Source: Callorhinchus milii (lineage: Eukaryota). From it: a stretch of DNA of 64,000 nucleotides. The translations under genes were made by a program, and so were the position numbers. Where the stretch lies: contig NW_024704742.1 in assembly GCF_018977255.1 (NCBI RefSeq), positions 117,058,001 to 117,122,000 of the forward strand, read 5' to 3'. Under the pieces are notes generated by a model. It did no database searches and was not told the origin of the DNA. It saw nothing but the letters and a program-made list of their open reading frames with translations. Below, piece after piece: positions 51,577-64,000 of the stretch; position 1 is the stretch's first letter; every line of letters starts with the position of its first letter.

Positions 51577-51808
51577 TAGAAATTCCACCTGAGTCTCGAT
51601 GAATTCTATTAACATAACAAATCAGAACAGCCAGAATTTGGCAAATTGTTGAATTCAGTCTTATCTTTGAAGCTGGTTTTCTGTAGTTAGTTAAAAGAAC
51701 TTACAGAAAGCCGGCTTCAAAAATAAGGCTGCGTTTAAGAGTTTACTAATTGTGTGTGCCCTGAAATGCTATGTTAATAGAGCAAATCTATACTCAGGTG
51801 GAATTTTA
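51577..51808. repeat. ~230-bp fold-back (palindromic) MITE-like repeat, copy 1
   Basis: Perfect 15-bp terminal IR aaattccacctgagt / actcaggtggaattt; 12-bp inner IR tctattaacata; 31-bp near-perfect central IR. Confidence 0.9.
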
Positions 51809-54294
51809 CGATCTGATTTCTTCACATTTCACTGTCCCTTTGAATAGTGCATTTCTCCCATCCCTCTCTGTTCTTAGCTTCAAATTTCCATGAGACAATA
51901 TGTGTTCCACAGCACTTTAAATTATGTTTCAGGATGTTACTAAAGCATTTTAATAATAATATTTAATATAGCACCTTATCACGTCGTTGAGATGACTCAC
52001 TCAAACTGCTTCACGGGATATACTATAAAGTGGATTGACTGTGTATTTTGTGAGTGAAATGTATTTTCAATGTTTACTAAAGGTGACACTGTCTACTAAA
52101 GGAATCTACTTCACTGTTCCCTCCCTTTAGTATTGAGGACTATATTTGGGCAGCCTGTTGTCTGATAAGATAACTTCACGTTGTGTCCCTCTCATTTGTT
52201 CCTTCACCAGAATGACCTAATTCCTGATCAGCATCCTTGTCCCCCTGCTGTTACACTGAGTTTGGTTTAATAAGGTGCTTGAACCTACAAAACGATTACA
52301 CATGACTTTCTTCGCAAGGGTGGTACAAGTTGACTTTTGGTGCAGCGGGTTTAGAGGAAATCTGCCTGAGATTTACAGCCATTCTCCTTCACAGCATTGT
52401 GATGGTGGACTCTATTAATTAACTCCATAGTCACAGCGCATTGCTCAATCTAGCAATGAAAATACATACAGTGTCCAGGAATAGTTTTTGCATTTCCAAG
52501 AGCCTAGGACTGCATAAAGTAAATGGAAGGAGTGAATGAAAGTGATCAAGGCAGCAATGTTTGTACATTTTTCTGGAGACATAATGCAATGAGGGGGCCT
52601 GTACGCTGGTAGCATGGACCCCTAGTAAGGCAAGCAAGCAACTCTTGACATTGATGGTACATTTATGCCTCAATAGATCATTTCCACATGCTCTTTCAGT
52701 TAAACAGGCAACAATTAACGAATTTCTCCTTGGAGTAATTAGTCCTCCCTGTGATTTTTATGCATTTTTTTGACCACCCCTAAAAAAATACTGCACACAA
52801 AATGTAGAAAGGCTTAAATTCCACATCAACTTAATGCTGTACAAGATTTTTGTTTAAGATTTAAGATTGCATAGAATTGCATAGAATTGTGGATAATTCT
52901 TAAATGTAGTCTCAATTTGAAAGCCAATTATTTTTAACTGCTAAAAATGCGTTTCCATGTTAAGGCTAAATTTAAAGATTTTCTACAACCATCCATGATG
53001 TTAAATTTGAAGACAAAGTTGCTTTACAAACTAAGACAAGGTGGAAGTTCAGGCTTACAGTTTCTATGCTGATCAATTGCCAACACTAAGATTTTTTTCA
53101 GTGACATACAATTTCAGACCTCAGATTTTAGTTTTGATCTGAATATAAGTTGATGGTTAGTGATTTCTTTGAGTATGTTTTAATGGAAAATATATTGAAA
53201 GGGAATTAGATCAATACTTGAGAAAAATAATATTCAAAATTCTGGGGATATAGCAGAGGAATGTGTTTGGAGCAGAGAGCTTCAATGGAGGGAGCTCGTA
53301 GCACAAACATGATGGGGTACATTATATAGAATTTCACTGCAACACAGAAACAGCTATTCTCTGCCAGTGGCTTTCTTGTGCACTGAATCATTTCTGTGAT
53401 TCTGTAGCAACAGCAATACAACTGCTGGGTTACTCCGAACCACTACTCTGTCCCCATGTGACCTATATGTGGCTTGTTTTGATCTACAATACAACATGTG
53501 TAACAGAGAACACGGTCATAATCCAACAATTGGATTTTCTGGTATTAAGTACTAAAGGTCACCGTTGCTTAACCTATTACCCTTAACAGTGTTGACCTTT
53601 TTTTTAATGAAAAAGCTACTCATTTGAAAGGGCTTTGTTGTTGTGGTTTATTTATGAGGTTAAAGGAAAAATCAGCTGACATTATTGATCACTACTTCAC
53701 TTTCACTAACTCATTGTTATGTTAGCCCCAGCTGCTGATGTACTTGCCTTGATATGTGGCTTTAGGAACACATCAATGTACTCATTGAAAACATCTTTCA
53801 CTTTGTTTGGGGATAGGACAAGGCAGTGGGATAGAAAATATTGCTTGCTCTGAGAGCTCATTGGACCAAATGGCCTCCTTCTGAGCTGTAAATTTCTATG
53901 ATTCTTTCAAGTATCTCTCAAAGCATTTATTGATATCTCTTGTTTCATCACAGAATTGAGGCCAAAATAATGTTTTTCTTCAGTTCACAAAAGACATTTT
54001 GTGCCTAAAGTGACTAAAAATAACTGAGAGTTCTGATTGAATGTAAAAAAATGATGTTGCTTTACAAACTGCATAACTATTTGGGCAACTTCTAAAATCA
54101 AATAAATAAAATAAATAGGAACTTGTTCAAAAACTATTTTGGGGAGTTAATTTGTTTTGTAATTGTGCCATTGGCGAAGGAAACAGTTATAAATGCAAAA
54201 TGCTATTGAGCCTAACAGTGGAAAATAAGAATTCATTCAACAAATTGAACTAAAATGGCACAATCCATGAATTTTTTAGTTAAGGACTATAGTG

Positions 54295-54640
54295 GAGAAA
54301 CTCCACCTGGGTATAGATGTGTTATATTTCAAAGTGATCAGAGTTTGGCAAATTGTTGAATTCAGAGTTAATTTTTAAGCTGTTTTTCTGTAGTTTTTAA
54401 AAGAACTTAAAGAAAACCAGTTTCAAAATCAAGAAGTTATTTAAGAAGTTGCCATATTCTGGATGCTCTGAAATGCTATGCAAATAGAGTAAATTCTCTC
54501 CCCTCTCTCCTCGGCTCGAGATCAAACTCTGCCCCTGTTAAGCACTCGAAGACACTATCTTGTGTGAAAGGTGCTGTATAAATGCTATTTATAATGCAAG
54601 TTATAATTATTGTTGTTGTAAATTTCAAGTGAAATTTCTA
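54295..54640. repeat. Fold-back repeat copy 2, interrupted by an L2 3' stub (54496-54617)
   Basis: Shares ttggcaaattgttgaattcag and ttaaaagaactt with copy 1; the stub is flanked by the 7-bp TSD gtaaatt (54489 and 54618). Confidence 0.85.
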
Positions 54641-55487
54641 CTTTTGAGTCTATCCATAATACAAGTGGGTTAAGTAAATCGTTCGCCTATGTTTCCTCGA
54701 TGATGTTAACCTCAGTAAAATAAAACAAAACACAAATTCACAGCTGATCGATCAGCTTCTGAAAAAGAAAAATAGTTTTATATCTTGAGTGCAACCTTTT
54801 CCCAGAACCCATAACATGCACGAGCAGTAATTTCTATTTCTATTTCAGATTCCAGTATTTGCCTTTTTTCATACCTATTAGTCAGCACTCACTGTTTGAG
54901 CAAAGATACTCCAAAAATAGACCGAAAAAAATAACAAAAGGTTGTTAAATATAATAATGTTCAACTGATTATTTTACTTAAATATATCAAATGAGGCTGA
55001 GATTCTCCCTTCAGTACGTCTCACAAACTAACTTCAGTTGCTTTCTTTTATCACAAGCTGCAATAGAATAAAACTGGATTTTATATTGGATAAAATATTT
55101 CTATATCGCTGAATATTTATATCATAGGTACAGAAGCTACTGTGTACAGCAAGGCTAAGTCAGGTTGCCTGTTTATCAGTTACACTGGGAGTACACTGAA
55201 ACTTTCATCTGTACCAACATCAAGGTTCACTTGTGAGGCATCCTAAGGTCAATCTTTGTGAAATGAAATATAAATTCTAATAATGCAGAGATTCTGAAGC
55301 TGCATAGATATTAAATCATCTGCAAAGTGAGTTTGAACAGCATGTGTCATCAACTCAGGTGTATAATTCATTACTAAAATACTATTTAGATAGTTGGATT
55401 GAAAGAAAAGCTTGCTCTGAGAGCCAATGCAGACTCAATGTGCCAAATATTCCAGTTCTACTTGTAAAATTCAATGATTCTATGATT

Positions 55488-56006
55488 CATAAGAACATAA
55501 GAATTAGGAGCAGGAGTTAGGCCATTCGGCCCCTGTAGCCTGCCCCGCCATTCAATAAGATCATGACTGATCTATTCTAACTCCACCTACCTGCCTTATC
55601 CCCATATCCCTTAATCCCTTTATCCACAAGAAATCTATCAATCTCAGTCTTGAATATGTTCAAGGACTGAGCAGCTACAGCCCTTTGGGGTAGAGAATTC
55701 TATAAATTCACTACCCTTTGAGTGATGAAGTTTTTCCTCAACTCAGTGCGAAAGGACTTACCCCAAATTTTAAGACCGTGACCCCTGGTTATAGTTTCTC
55801 CAACCAGGGGAAAAAGTCTCCCACTATCTATTCTGTCGTGCCCCTTAATAATCTTATAGGTTTCTATAAGATCACCTCTCATTCTTCTATATTCTAAAGA
55901 ATATAGGCCTAAATTGCTCAACCTATCCTCATAAATCATCCCCCTCATCCCTGGTACCAACCTAGTGAATCTACGTTGTACCCCCTCCAAGGCAAGTACA
56001 TCCTTG
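55488..56006 (-). mobile_element. CR1 LINE 3' fragment with (TTCTTATG)-type tail, tail-to-tail with another CR1-type tail at about 55385-55488 (+)
   Basis: KDVLALEGVQRRFTRLVPGMRG...LGLYSLEYRRMRGDLIETYKI...TRGHGLK; cataagaacataagaa tail. Confidence 0.95.
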
Positions 56007-56539
56007 TTGGGAACTTTTTTTTCTATCATTCATTTAGACATGATTTTATTTCACAACCTTTTTGAAGTGATATTCTGCCCTGACTTTGGTACTGTGTATG
56101 ATTATCGTAAAGTTCTTTAGTAGCTTGAGCTGGAAATCTGACTTCATACATATTCAAAATCTATGAATTTGAAACAAATATCTTAGCAGTTAGCCTGAAA
56201 TTAGTTCAGCATCAAATCTCTGCTGCTGTCTTTCAACCAGGTCAAGGTACACATTTTAGGAGCAAACGTGTCTTTCATTTTCATTGCTAGACACATTTTC
56301 TGACCAAATGACTTCAGGGCAAACAGATCTTTATCAGAAGAGTAGTAGGAACATTATTTGTGGACCACAACATACAGGAACAAAACAAACAGACAAAGCT
56401 GGGAAGCTCCATACACTTCTAGCTGTAAATGATTACTATGAGGAGAACAAACCCATGAAGGACAGAAGAAACATCTCCTGCAAAGTGGATGTGGTATTCA
56501 AAAGAAGTGAGGAAAATAGCAGAATTCAGAGGTTTATGT

Positions 56540-56933
56540 GGAGTCCTGTAGTGTATTGGTTAGAGCACTTTTGTCGCAAGCGAGGGAACTCGGAATCCTT
56601 TCCCAGGCAGGGGCCAAACCTTAGGCATGTTTCCTTATGCCTCTGTTTACTTAGCAGTAAATAGGAACCCAGATGTTAGTTGATTGGTAGATTGCTTTCC
56701 GGGGTAATAATCCCTCCCCCCCCAAAAAATAAAATAATTATGGTCAGTCAATCCACGACTGTTTGTGAAACACTGCTGTGCGCATTTGGCTGCCGCATTC
56801 GCCCTCAAAACAGACAGTCAATTCACTTTACAATATATTCTGTAAAGGGGTATGAGATTCTCAACCAGGTGATAAGGCGCTATATCAAATGCAAGGTTTA
56901 TTAATATTATTATTATTATTATTACTATTATTA
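56540..56933 (+). mobile_element. Full-length tRNA-derived SINE, long subfamily
   Basis: Head, extra segment gcctctgtttacttagcagtaaataggaacc and (TTA)n tail; TSD ttatgt(g) at 56534 and 56931. Confidence 0.93.
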
Positions 56934-59094
56934 TGTGCTGAAAGAGGAAACAATTGCATTTTGAAACGAGACTCTCACAGTTACAAATTATTTGCTCCTT
57001 TTGTTAAATTTGTTAAGTGTTAGATTTTGCGTCTGTGGTATAGTTCTTTATATTTCAATAAAACATTAAGCTCTAAGAAACTGAGGAGATTATTTTGCTT
57101 TCTGAAAAATATATATGAGTACTTCTAAATACCACACCTATCGTTGCCCAGGTTACAGCCTGTAATTACATTTTTAATAAATTGTAGGACTCTAAGAGGT
57201 TTGAGTTGTGGCACGTCAAATGTGCCCAATTTTCAAATGCGTTCTGAAAAATGTGGAAAGATTCCAATTCTGGTAAATAAAGTACCTTAGAAGTCTTTCC
57301 AATGTGAAAGGTGTTATAGCAAATGTAAGGATTCTTATTCTTATTTGGGCTTTGGTTTCAGAAGCTAAGGTCATAACAACATTTGAAATGAAATTGGATA
57401 AATACTTCAAGAGAATGAATATAAGATGGAATGGGGAAAATTGGGATGAGGCTATATGGCTCCAGTGGAGGAGATTGTACCATCTTAGGCTTGATGGACT
57501 GTATGCTTATGCCAGTAAAATTTTGCTAGTATTTAATCTGATTTGTGACATTTCTTAATGGAATTGCTTAATAAGATAACCATGCAATACAGACTATTCT
57601 GGTAACCAAAAGTACATCATGCCACCCATAAGAGAACTCAGCTCTGAAACGATCGACTTCTGTAAATGATCATTAACAAATAATACAAGATAGACCCTTG
57701 TATGTGGTGGAACCCATTTGCTTATTAAGTACTTTTATTGCAAAGAGTTAACAGAAGTTGATCCTTTCTAATTTTTGTTCATGCACTGCACAAAGACTGT
57801 GTTGCCTCATTCAAGTTCTTTTTTTTCCCTGAAATTAAGTAAAACCAGTCAGATACAGATATGCATTCAGCTGCAGAACATACTGAAGTTCAAGAGTTTT
57901 ATGGCAAAATGTCTGTTTAGTGATTCCATGCACAGGAATCCAAACATTGTGTGAGGGAACCCAAGACTGGTTCCAAATGTAGGATTCTTTTGTATTGTGG
58001 CCTAATTCAATATTTGCCAGTCTTTTTCTTCAAGTGAAAAGTCCCATTATTTTCGTACTGATCAATGAGCTTTATGCAGTAGAAATCCTTCTGGGCTTTC
58101 CTCTGTGTGCTGGAGCTTGTGGACGCTCGCATTTACAAGGTAACTGAGCATTTTTGAAGAAAGGGAGTTACAAATATGAATAAATCACAAACTGGTGTGT
58201 TCCTGGCTAATGTAATTTAGCCTTCTGTGAAAGCATCAGTGCATGAAATCAGAAAAAAACTTGCTGATGTGGCTGAATGCTTACATCTGTCCCAGGGGCA
58301 TTTTCACGGAGTCTCATTGACAGGAAGAAACTGAGCTGCATATAGAATAACTCAGACTTGTTTTTAAAATCTGAATATCATGAAAAATGCATGGTCCTTT
58401 GGGGAAAGCCAAAGTTGACTAATGTGGAATTTGAAGCTACGATGCATTAAATAAAACTGTCGCAGAGGATGCTCTTCAGTGCTTTTGATAACAACAGGAT
58501 TTTTCTTGGTCTTACAGCTTGAGTGACGTTCAAACACAGGAGATTCTTTTCTTGTTCCTTGGAGTGGGGAAGCTTTCATTAAGAGACACATCATCACTGT
58601 GAAGTGTCAAATGACAAGAGCGGTGCTGGGTTGATGCCCCGTCCCACCCTCGCACTCGGGGAAAGTGCCCAGAACCCACGCTGTAACCCAGTGATGTCCA
58701 ACCCAGTGGCCACATGTATACCAGCCTTTGAGATGTTTTGACGTGATAGGGTGACGGAAGATCCAATTCAGTTCCGCAAGTTGAAACGCAACATTAATAG
58801 CTCCTTAATGCTATCAATATGGAAGTGACCATATCTGAAAAGCAAATTGGCCACATATGCCCTGTGGCTACAGGTTAGGCAGTGCTGCTGCAACCTATCT
58901 ATGGATTGAGGCAAGTTAAAGTTCTGCACAGTCAACACTCAGGCATTGGCATGGGCCAATGCCAATGAGCCAGTCAGCAGTAATTGAAAGGCATTCATTG
59001 CACCCCACAGGTTTTAAGAAGATGATTCTGGAACAGGATATGTTACAAAGTGATTTCTGGCGCACTTTCCTCAATGCCCCAATGAATTTATCCA

Positions 59095-59345
59095 AATAGT
59101 AACTGAGCCATAGAGTTGAGAAGGTCCTTGGTTCGATTCCTGATTTGTGCTATAAGCTGATTTCAGGCAGGACAGCACTAGGGAAATGGGTTTAATCGGC
59201 CTGAATTAGAATGTGGAGTGTCATCCAAAGTTCCTGCTCCTTATTGCTATCTAGTGACCCTTGCTGGAAACTATGTATGCATGGGTTTTGTTGGGTGGGG
59301 TAAGATGAGACCCAGCAGTGAGACTTCAATGTTAGACACTGTTTT
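59095..59345 (+). mobile_element. Old SINE-like relic of a different family
   Basis: B box ggttcgattcc near 59130 followed by a body unrelated to the young SINE; family not assigned. Confidence 0.45.
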
Positions 59346-59504
59346 TAGCAGTGTCAAGCAGTGGTTGAAATGCTTACAAATATTCACTTTCAAGGATTAT
59401 CCATGGAGATTGCCCACTTGGGTGAAGTACTGGAGCTACCCAGTGTTTGTGGTAACCCAGGGAAGGAAATTTGCTTTGAACTGGGTCCAGTTTTACCTCT
59501 CAAA

Positions 59505-59745
59505 GGGGCAGAAATTCCATCTGGGTCTGGATTTACTTTGTGTAGCATTTCAGAGAATTCAGAATTTGGCAAATTATTGAATGACATCTTAACTTTGAAG
59601 CCGGTTTTTTGTAGTTCTTAAAAAACAACTTTCAGAAAAATAGTGTCAAAATTAAGAATACACAGTATTTAAGAATTAGCCACATTCTGCACATTCTGAA
59701 ATATTAAACAAAGAGAATAAATCTAGATCCAGGTAGAATTACACC
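59505..59745. repeat. Fold-back repeat copy 3
   Basis: agaaattccatctgggtctggattta ... taaatctagatccaggtagaatt; shares cagaatttggcaaatt and tttgaagccggtttt with copy 1. Confidence 0.85.
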
Positions 59746-61974
59746 ATCAAAGTAATCTTGTTTGTGTTAGTGAGCACTAGCAGCTTTATTTTTCTCTTTG
59801 GCACTAGATATACTGTACTGACGCTGCCAATGTGATAGCAGCTACCAAGGGGGCAGTATAAAGGCAACAGGAGATGCTTTCTGTTATAATGAATGGTGGA
59901 AACCCATAGGAAATCTCCCTAGGATCTAGGCATTCCTGAACTCTCAATAAATAATAGAACAATAGTTACATCAGTCAAAGAGGCGGTGTTTGCCTAAAAA
60001 CTACACTATGCTCAAAACTACATTATGCTTATGTAAATCCTGTGAAGCACTTTCAGATATTTCAACAATTTGATAAGTGCCAATCAAATGGAAGAATTAT
60101 TATTATGATGATTATTATTATTGTTAATAATACGTGGGAGAGAAATTCCCAAGAAAATAAGTAAATGCTCTGTTGACAAAATCCATTGGAAAATAATTGA
60201 ATGAGTGTCTGGGTATCACGATCAAAAGGATTTTGAAGATTTTAGAGATATGTAGTGACTGAGATGAATAATGTCCATGGGATATTATGGTTCTGTGTTA
60301 CTAGCGTTGTGTGTGTATGAGTGTGTGTGTATGAGTGTGTGTGTATGAATGGGGTAAAGAAACCTGTTATTTCATGATCGTAAGATTTGGAAGGTAGATC
60401 AGTCACTGAGATCAGGGATTCTTCACACTCAGCAATTGTTACGCCTGCAAGCCAAAACCCTGATGAGTAGAGTCGTCCAAGCTGGACAAATAGTGGGAAC
60501 GTGTGTCAGATAATGCTTTCAATAGCAAGCTATGTAGTAATTTTCCTTGGTTAAATTCCAGCAGTACCCTAATTCATACTCTTTGGTCCCAAGCCTCGGC
60601 TCTTGCCAACCTGTGCCTAGTTACTCTTTGGAATTAGGTAAGCAGGATGTGTTACTCCAGGGAGAGAGGGCACAATCCATTCCAGGGAGAACTCTCAGTC
60701 TGGTTTGGATATTTTTAAGCATGGTGATAAGTTTCTACATGTGTCAGATATTTAGCTGACAAAAAAATTGTGGAACTGTCTATCACCCTCAGTATTCCTT
60801 CCTCCTACAAACTGCAGGCTGAACCTGAAACTTTTTGTCACCTAAGCAGTACTTCTTCATTTATCTCGTCCTCTTTTCTGCTATTCTGCACTACCTGTCT
60901 TGGTCCATCACCTACGTTTCTCAATTGAGAAAGGAGCCCTCTCAGTATAGGTACTTTGCCCATGAGAAAGCAGAGGGAATTCAGACAGAGAAGATAAAAT
61001 TAAATGCACACAGCAAGATAAAAACAGCTCGGAAGCTTTGTGTGATGATGGTATTGGAGGGAGATGAAATGGAAAACTGGTGGAGAAACAATACACCTAA
61101 AATGACAATGGGCTATGTTTTATTAGTACTGCATCATTGCACATCCAATCTAGTGCTATGGAAAACAGAAGCTGCATTTTAATCCATCTTAGAAGTGACA
61201 TCTCATTGGGCTTTGACAGTATTAATGTGGTCCTGGAAATGTCCTGATATGATTTCACAGCATTGCCCAACCCTGGCCTCACAGTGTAAAAAACAAATCT
61301 CTTGGAGGGAGGGGGAGGGAGAGGGAGGTGTTAACGGAAATTTGTAGCCTCTCTCGCTGCAATAGCACTCTTGATAACATGGTCACAAATCAAATGTGGT
61401 CACAGCCAACATTGCATTGGGTGATATTTTATTTTAAAGACAGTTTTATTATTATATGGTATGAGGACCGCACAAGCCTCTGTTTTTTAATGTAGTGATA
61501 CCGGATCAAAATATTGCAGGTCCTCTCAGGAAAAGTATATTGGACGGGACATCAAGAGATCACTATTATTAATCTTTTACTATTTGTAATGTAATAACTT
61601 TGTCAGCTCCAACATGATTTTTTGTTTCATTTTCACATGCTGCAGGTTGTATTAAAAACTAAAAAATGATAGCATTTAATTGAAAATTGGTGAAGTGCAA
61701 GTACATTCAAAAATATATACATTAAAATAATGAAGAAAATAAGTGTTGTAGTCCAAACAGTGAGAGGAATTGCCTTCTGCAAATCACCAGTGCTACATTA
61801 CCAAAGTGCATTAAAACCCCAGCTGGCTGGTCTAATGCGGAGGAGGAATCCATTCTGGACTTTCTGGCTAAGTGGAATTACAATGCTGGAAATGTGGAAA
61901 TTTAATTTTAATTTTTCAGTTTTGGGCCCGGTCCCACTAACTTTGAATTCCGGATACCTTACAATGTAAATTCG

Positions 61975-62285
61975 TCAGGTAAGATGTGATCTGAAAATGG
62001 GGAAGGAGAGGACAATGTGGAGGGATTGAGGGAGAGAGTTCCAGAGTTTCGGGATGTAGTAACTGAAAGCATGACTGCTGATGGTGGAGCAGAGGGGGTG
62101 AGGGACAAGCAGGAGGACTGAGCCAGCCAGGTGGAGGTGACGGGAAGTAGAGTGGGGAGTAAGCATGTCGGAGAGGTAGGGAAGTACCAGAAGATGAAGG
62201 ATTTGTAGATGAGGTTGAGAATCTTGAAGTCTGTTCTGTTCTGTGATGGGGAGCCACTGGAGTCTGGCGAAGGACTGGTGTCATG
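61975..62285 (-). mobile_element. Old L2 fragment
   Basis: RTDFKILNLIYK and AFSYYIPKLWNSLPQSL. Confidence 0.8.
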
Positions 62286-63677
62286 TTTTAGAACGGATGA
62301 GTATGCCGGCGGCACACACCCAACACACACTCTAACAACCCCCTGATCACACTTATACACAAAGCTGTACACACACAAACATAATCAGCTGACGACTGTA
62401 GCTCCCAAGGAATGGAGACCAGGACATTTCCAGGGATTACATTAAATACTACGAACATTTTGCATTTGGAGCTCTAGATTTCTTGCCATTCTTATCATCA
62501 TTTTAATTCACAAGCATCTCCATTATTAGTTTAATTAGGCTTTCGTTTTCACAGATTCCGACTTCCCCTTAGGGCTCTATTCAATTCCATCCTCCCCAAT
62601 GCTTCTTGCTCCTTGAATGTTCATTTTGCTACCATACTGACTGGTCTGTTCCATTTCCCACCAACAGGGAAAATTAGTGCACAGAATTAACCTTTTGTCT
62701 AATTCTGCTGCAGCGCAATTTTGCTTTTGTCATGCTGTTCATGACAGCAAATTTATTAATTTATGAAATAAGCAAAATCTAGATCCTGACACAATTAAAG
62801 CAATAGTTTTATAGATCGGTTTTGAAACCAGAGAGCGAGGGAGCAAGGTAGAGGGATTTGGAAAGAGAGTTTCAACAACAACATCAAGAACTTGCATTTA
62901 TATAGCGCCACTCACACAGGGTCGCGTCCCAGAGTGCTTTCAGAGTTTCAGAGAGCAGGGGCAATGTAGATGATAGCTTTCCCACCTGTGGTTGGGCAGA
63001 GGGAATGGGTGACATAGAGCAGGCCTGAGTTGGCAGAATGGAGAGAGTGGGAAGGGTCAGGATCACAGGACAATGTCACTGGTATCACATGGGTGGGAAA
63101 AGTGACAATTTCATTCGTGTCACATGTGTGTGAATAACATGATGTTTTCACCTGTGTCTCACATGTGGATAACATAACAGTTTCATTGGCGTTACACACA
63201 TATGAATAACGAAATAACATAACTGGTGTTGTGTATGTGTGGAACCCCATCCCCTTGAATTTGTAAAAAATAGAAAGCAAGGACTGCACAAAGAGCAGTA
63301 CTCACATACGAACACCTCCACTTGAATATGATGCATTATACAGCAGAAAGCTTAGCGGGAACCTGCTGTAAGAGTTGTGGTTGGTTCTTTACCTGAGATA
63401 CCAGTGGGGTGGGACGATTAATTGAACTGTAGAATGACCAAGACACTGCAGGCAATGTAACAGATTGTCATTGTGTCACACCATGGCTGACGTGTGGGCT
63501 CGGACCGTGACTTCATTGGCATCAAAGCAGGAAATTGTACAGAGCATGAAGAGAAACAATGCCCCAGAGGGCAAAGACATGAGTGAAAACACAAATAAAT
63601 AGTACAGAATCCTGTTCTATACATCGGGTCAGCACAACCAAGGAGGTGCTTAGAATTAGCCTTGCAAATCATAAGAA

Positions 63678-64000
63678 GCAGATCATCCAGAACTCTGCAG
63701 CCCGTGTCCTCTCCCGCACCAGGCTCCATGATCCTATCACCCCCATCCTCCCCCAACTCCACTGGCTTCCCATCACACAGAGGATACAGTTCAAGATCCT
63801 GGTCTTCACATTCAAAGCCCTCCATGGTCTTGCTCCCCCATACTTCTGCAGCCTCCTAACCCCCTACCATCTTGCTCGCTCCCTCTGCTCAGCGGGCTCA
63901 GGCCTGCTTCACGTCCCCCACCTTGCTCACCCCACTATTGGCAGGCGGGCCTTCTGTCACTCTGCCCCCACCCTCTGGAACTCCATCCCACAGGCCCACC
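63678..64000 (+). mobile_element. L2 fragment running off the window end
   Basis: QIIQNSAARVLS, LHWLPITQRIQFKILV and GGRAFCHSAPTLWNS. Confidence 0.92.

Noticed and set aside
48715..64000. Further SV2C exons
   Set aside because: No frame encoding the expected continuation (SIVYLGMMVGAFFWGGLAD-like) was seen. The ORF extension to 48722 is read-through into the intron.

Overview
This is vertebrate nuclear DNA, about half of it recognisably derived from retrotransposons. The repeat set (a tRNA-headed SINE with (TTA)n tails, L2 LINEs with (TTG)n tails, CR1 LINEs with (ATTCTATG)/(TTCTTATG) tails, and Deu-domain SINE relics) points to a cartilaginous fish, most likely a holocephalan such as elephant shark; this is inference. 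One host gene is recognisable: the first coding exon of SV2C (synaptic vesicle glycoprotein 2C), + strand, ATG at 48144 and phase-1 donor after 48714. A CpG-richer, TE-free putative promoter/non-coding first-exon region lies at about 32.1-34.1 kb. No further SV2C exon is visible, so the next intron is longer than 15 kb. The remainder is intergenic or intronic. It holds a near-full-length but disrupted L2 (about 14.15-17.72 kb), many truncated L2/CR1/SINE copies with several nested insertions, a probable solo LTR, two small DNA-transposon MITEs, a probable pogo/Tigger transposase fossil, and three copies of a ~230-bp fold-back repeat in the SV2C intron. I found no convincing new multi-gene system. 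The best leads are the fold-back family, the modular CORE-like/Deu SINE with tail exchange against its partner L2, the solo LTR, and lineage-specific motif changes in the SV2C N-terminus. Repeat boundaries were read by eye and are approximate unless a TSD is given.
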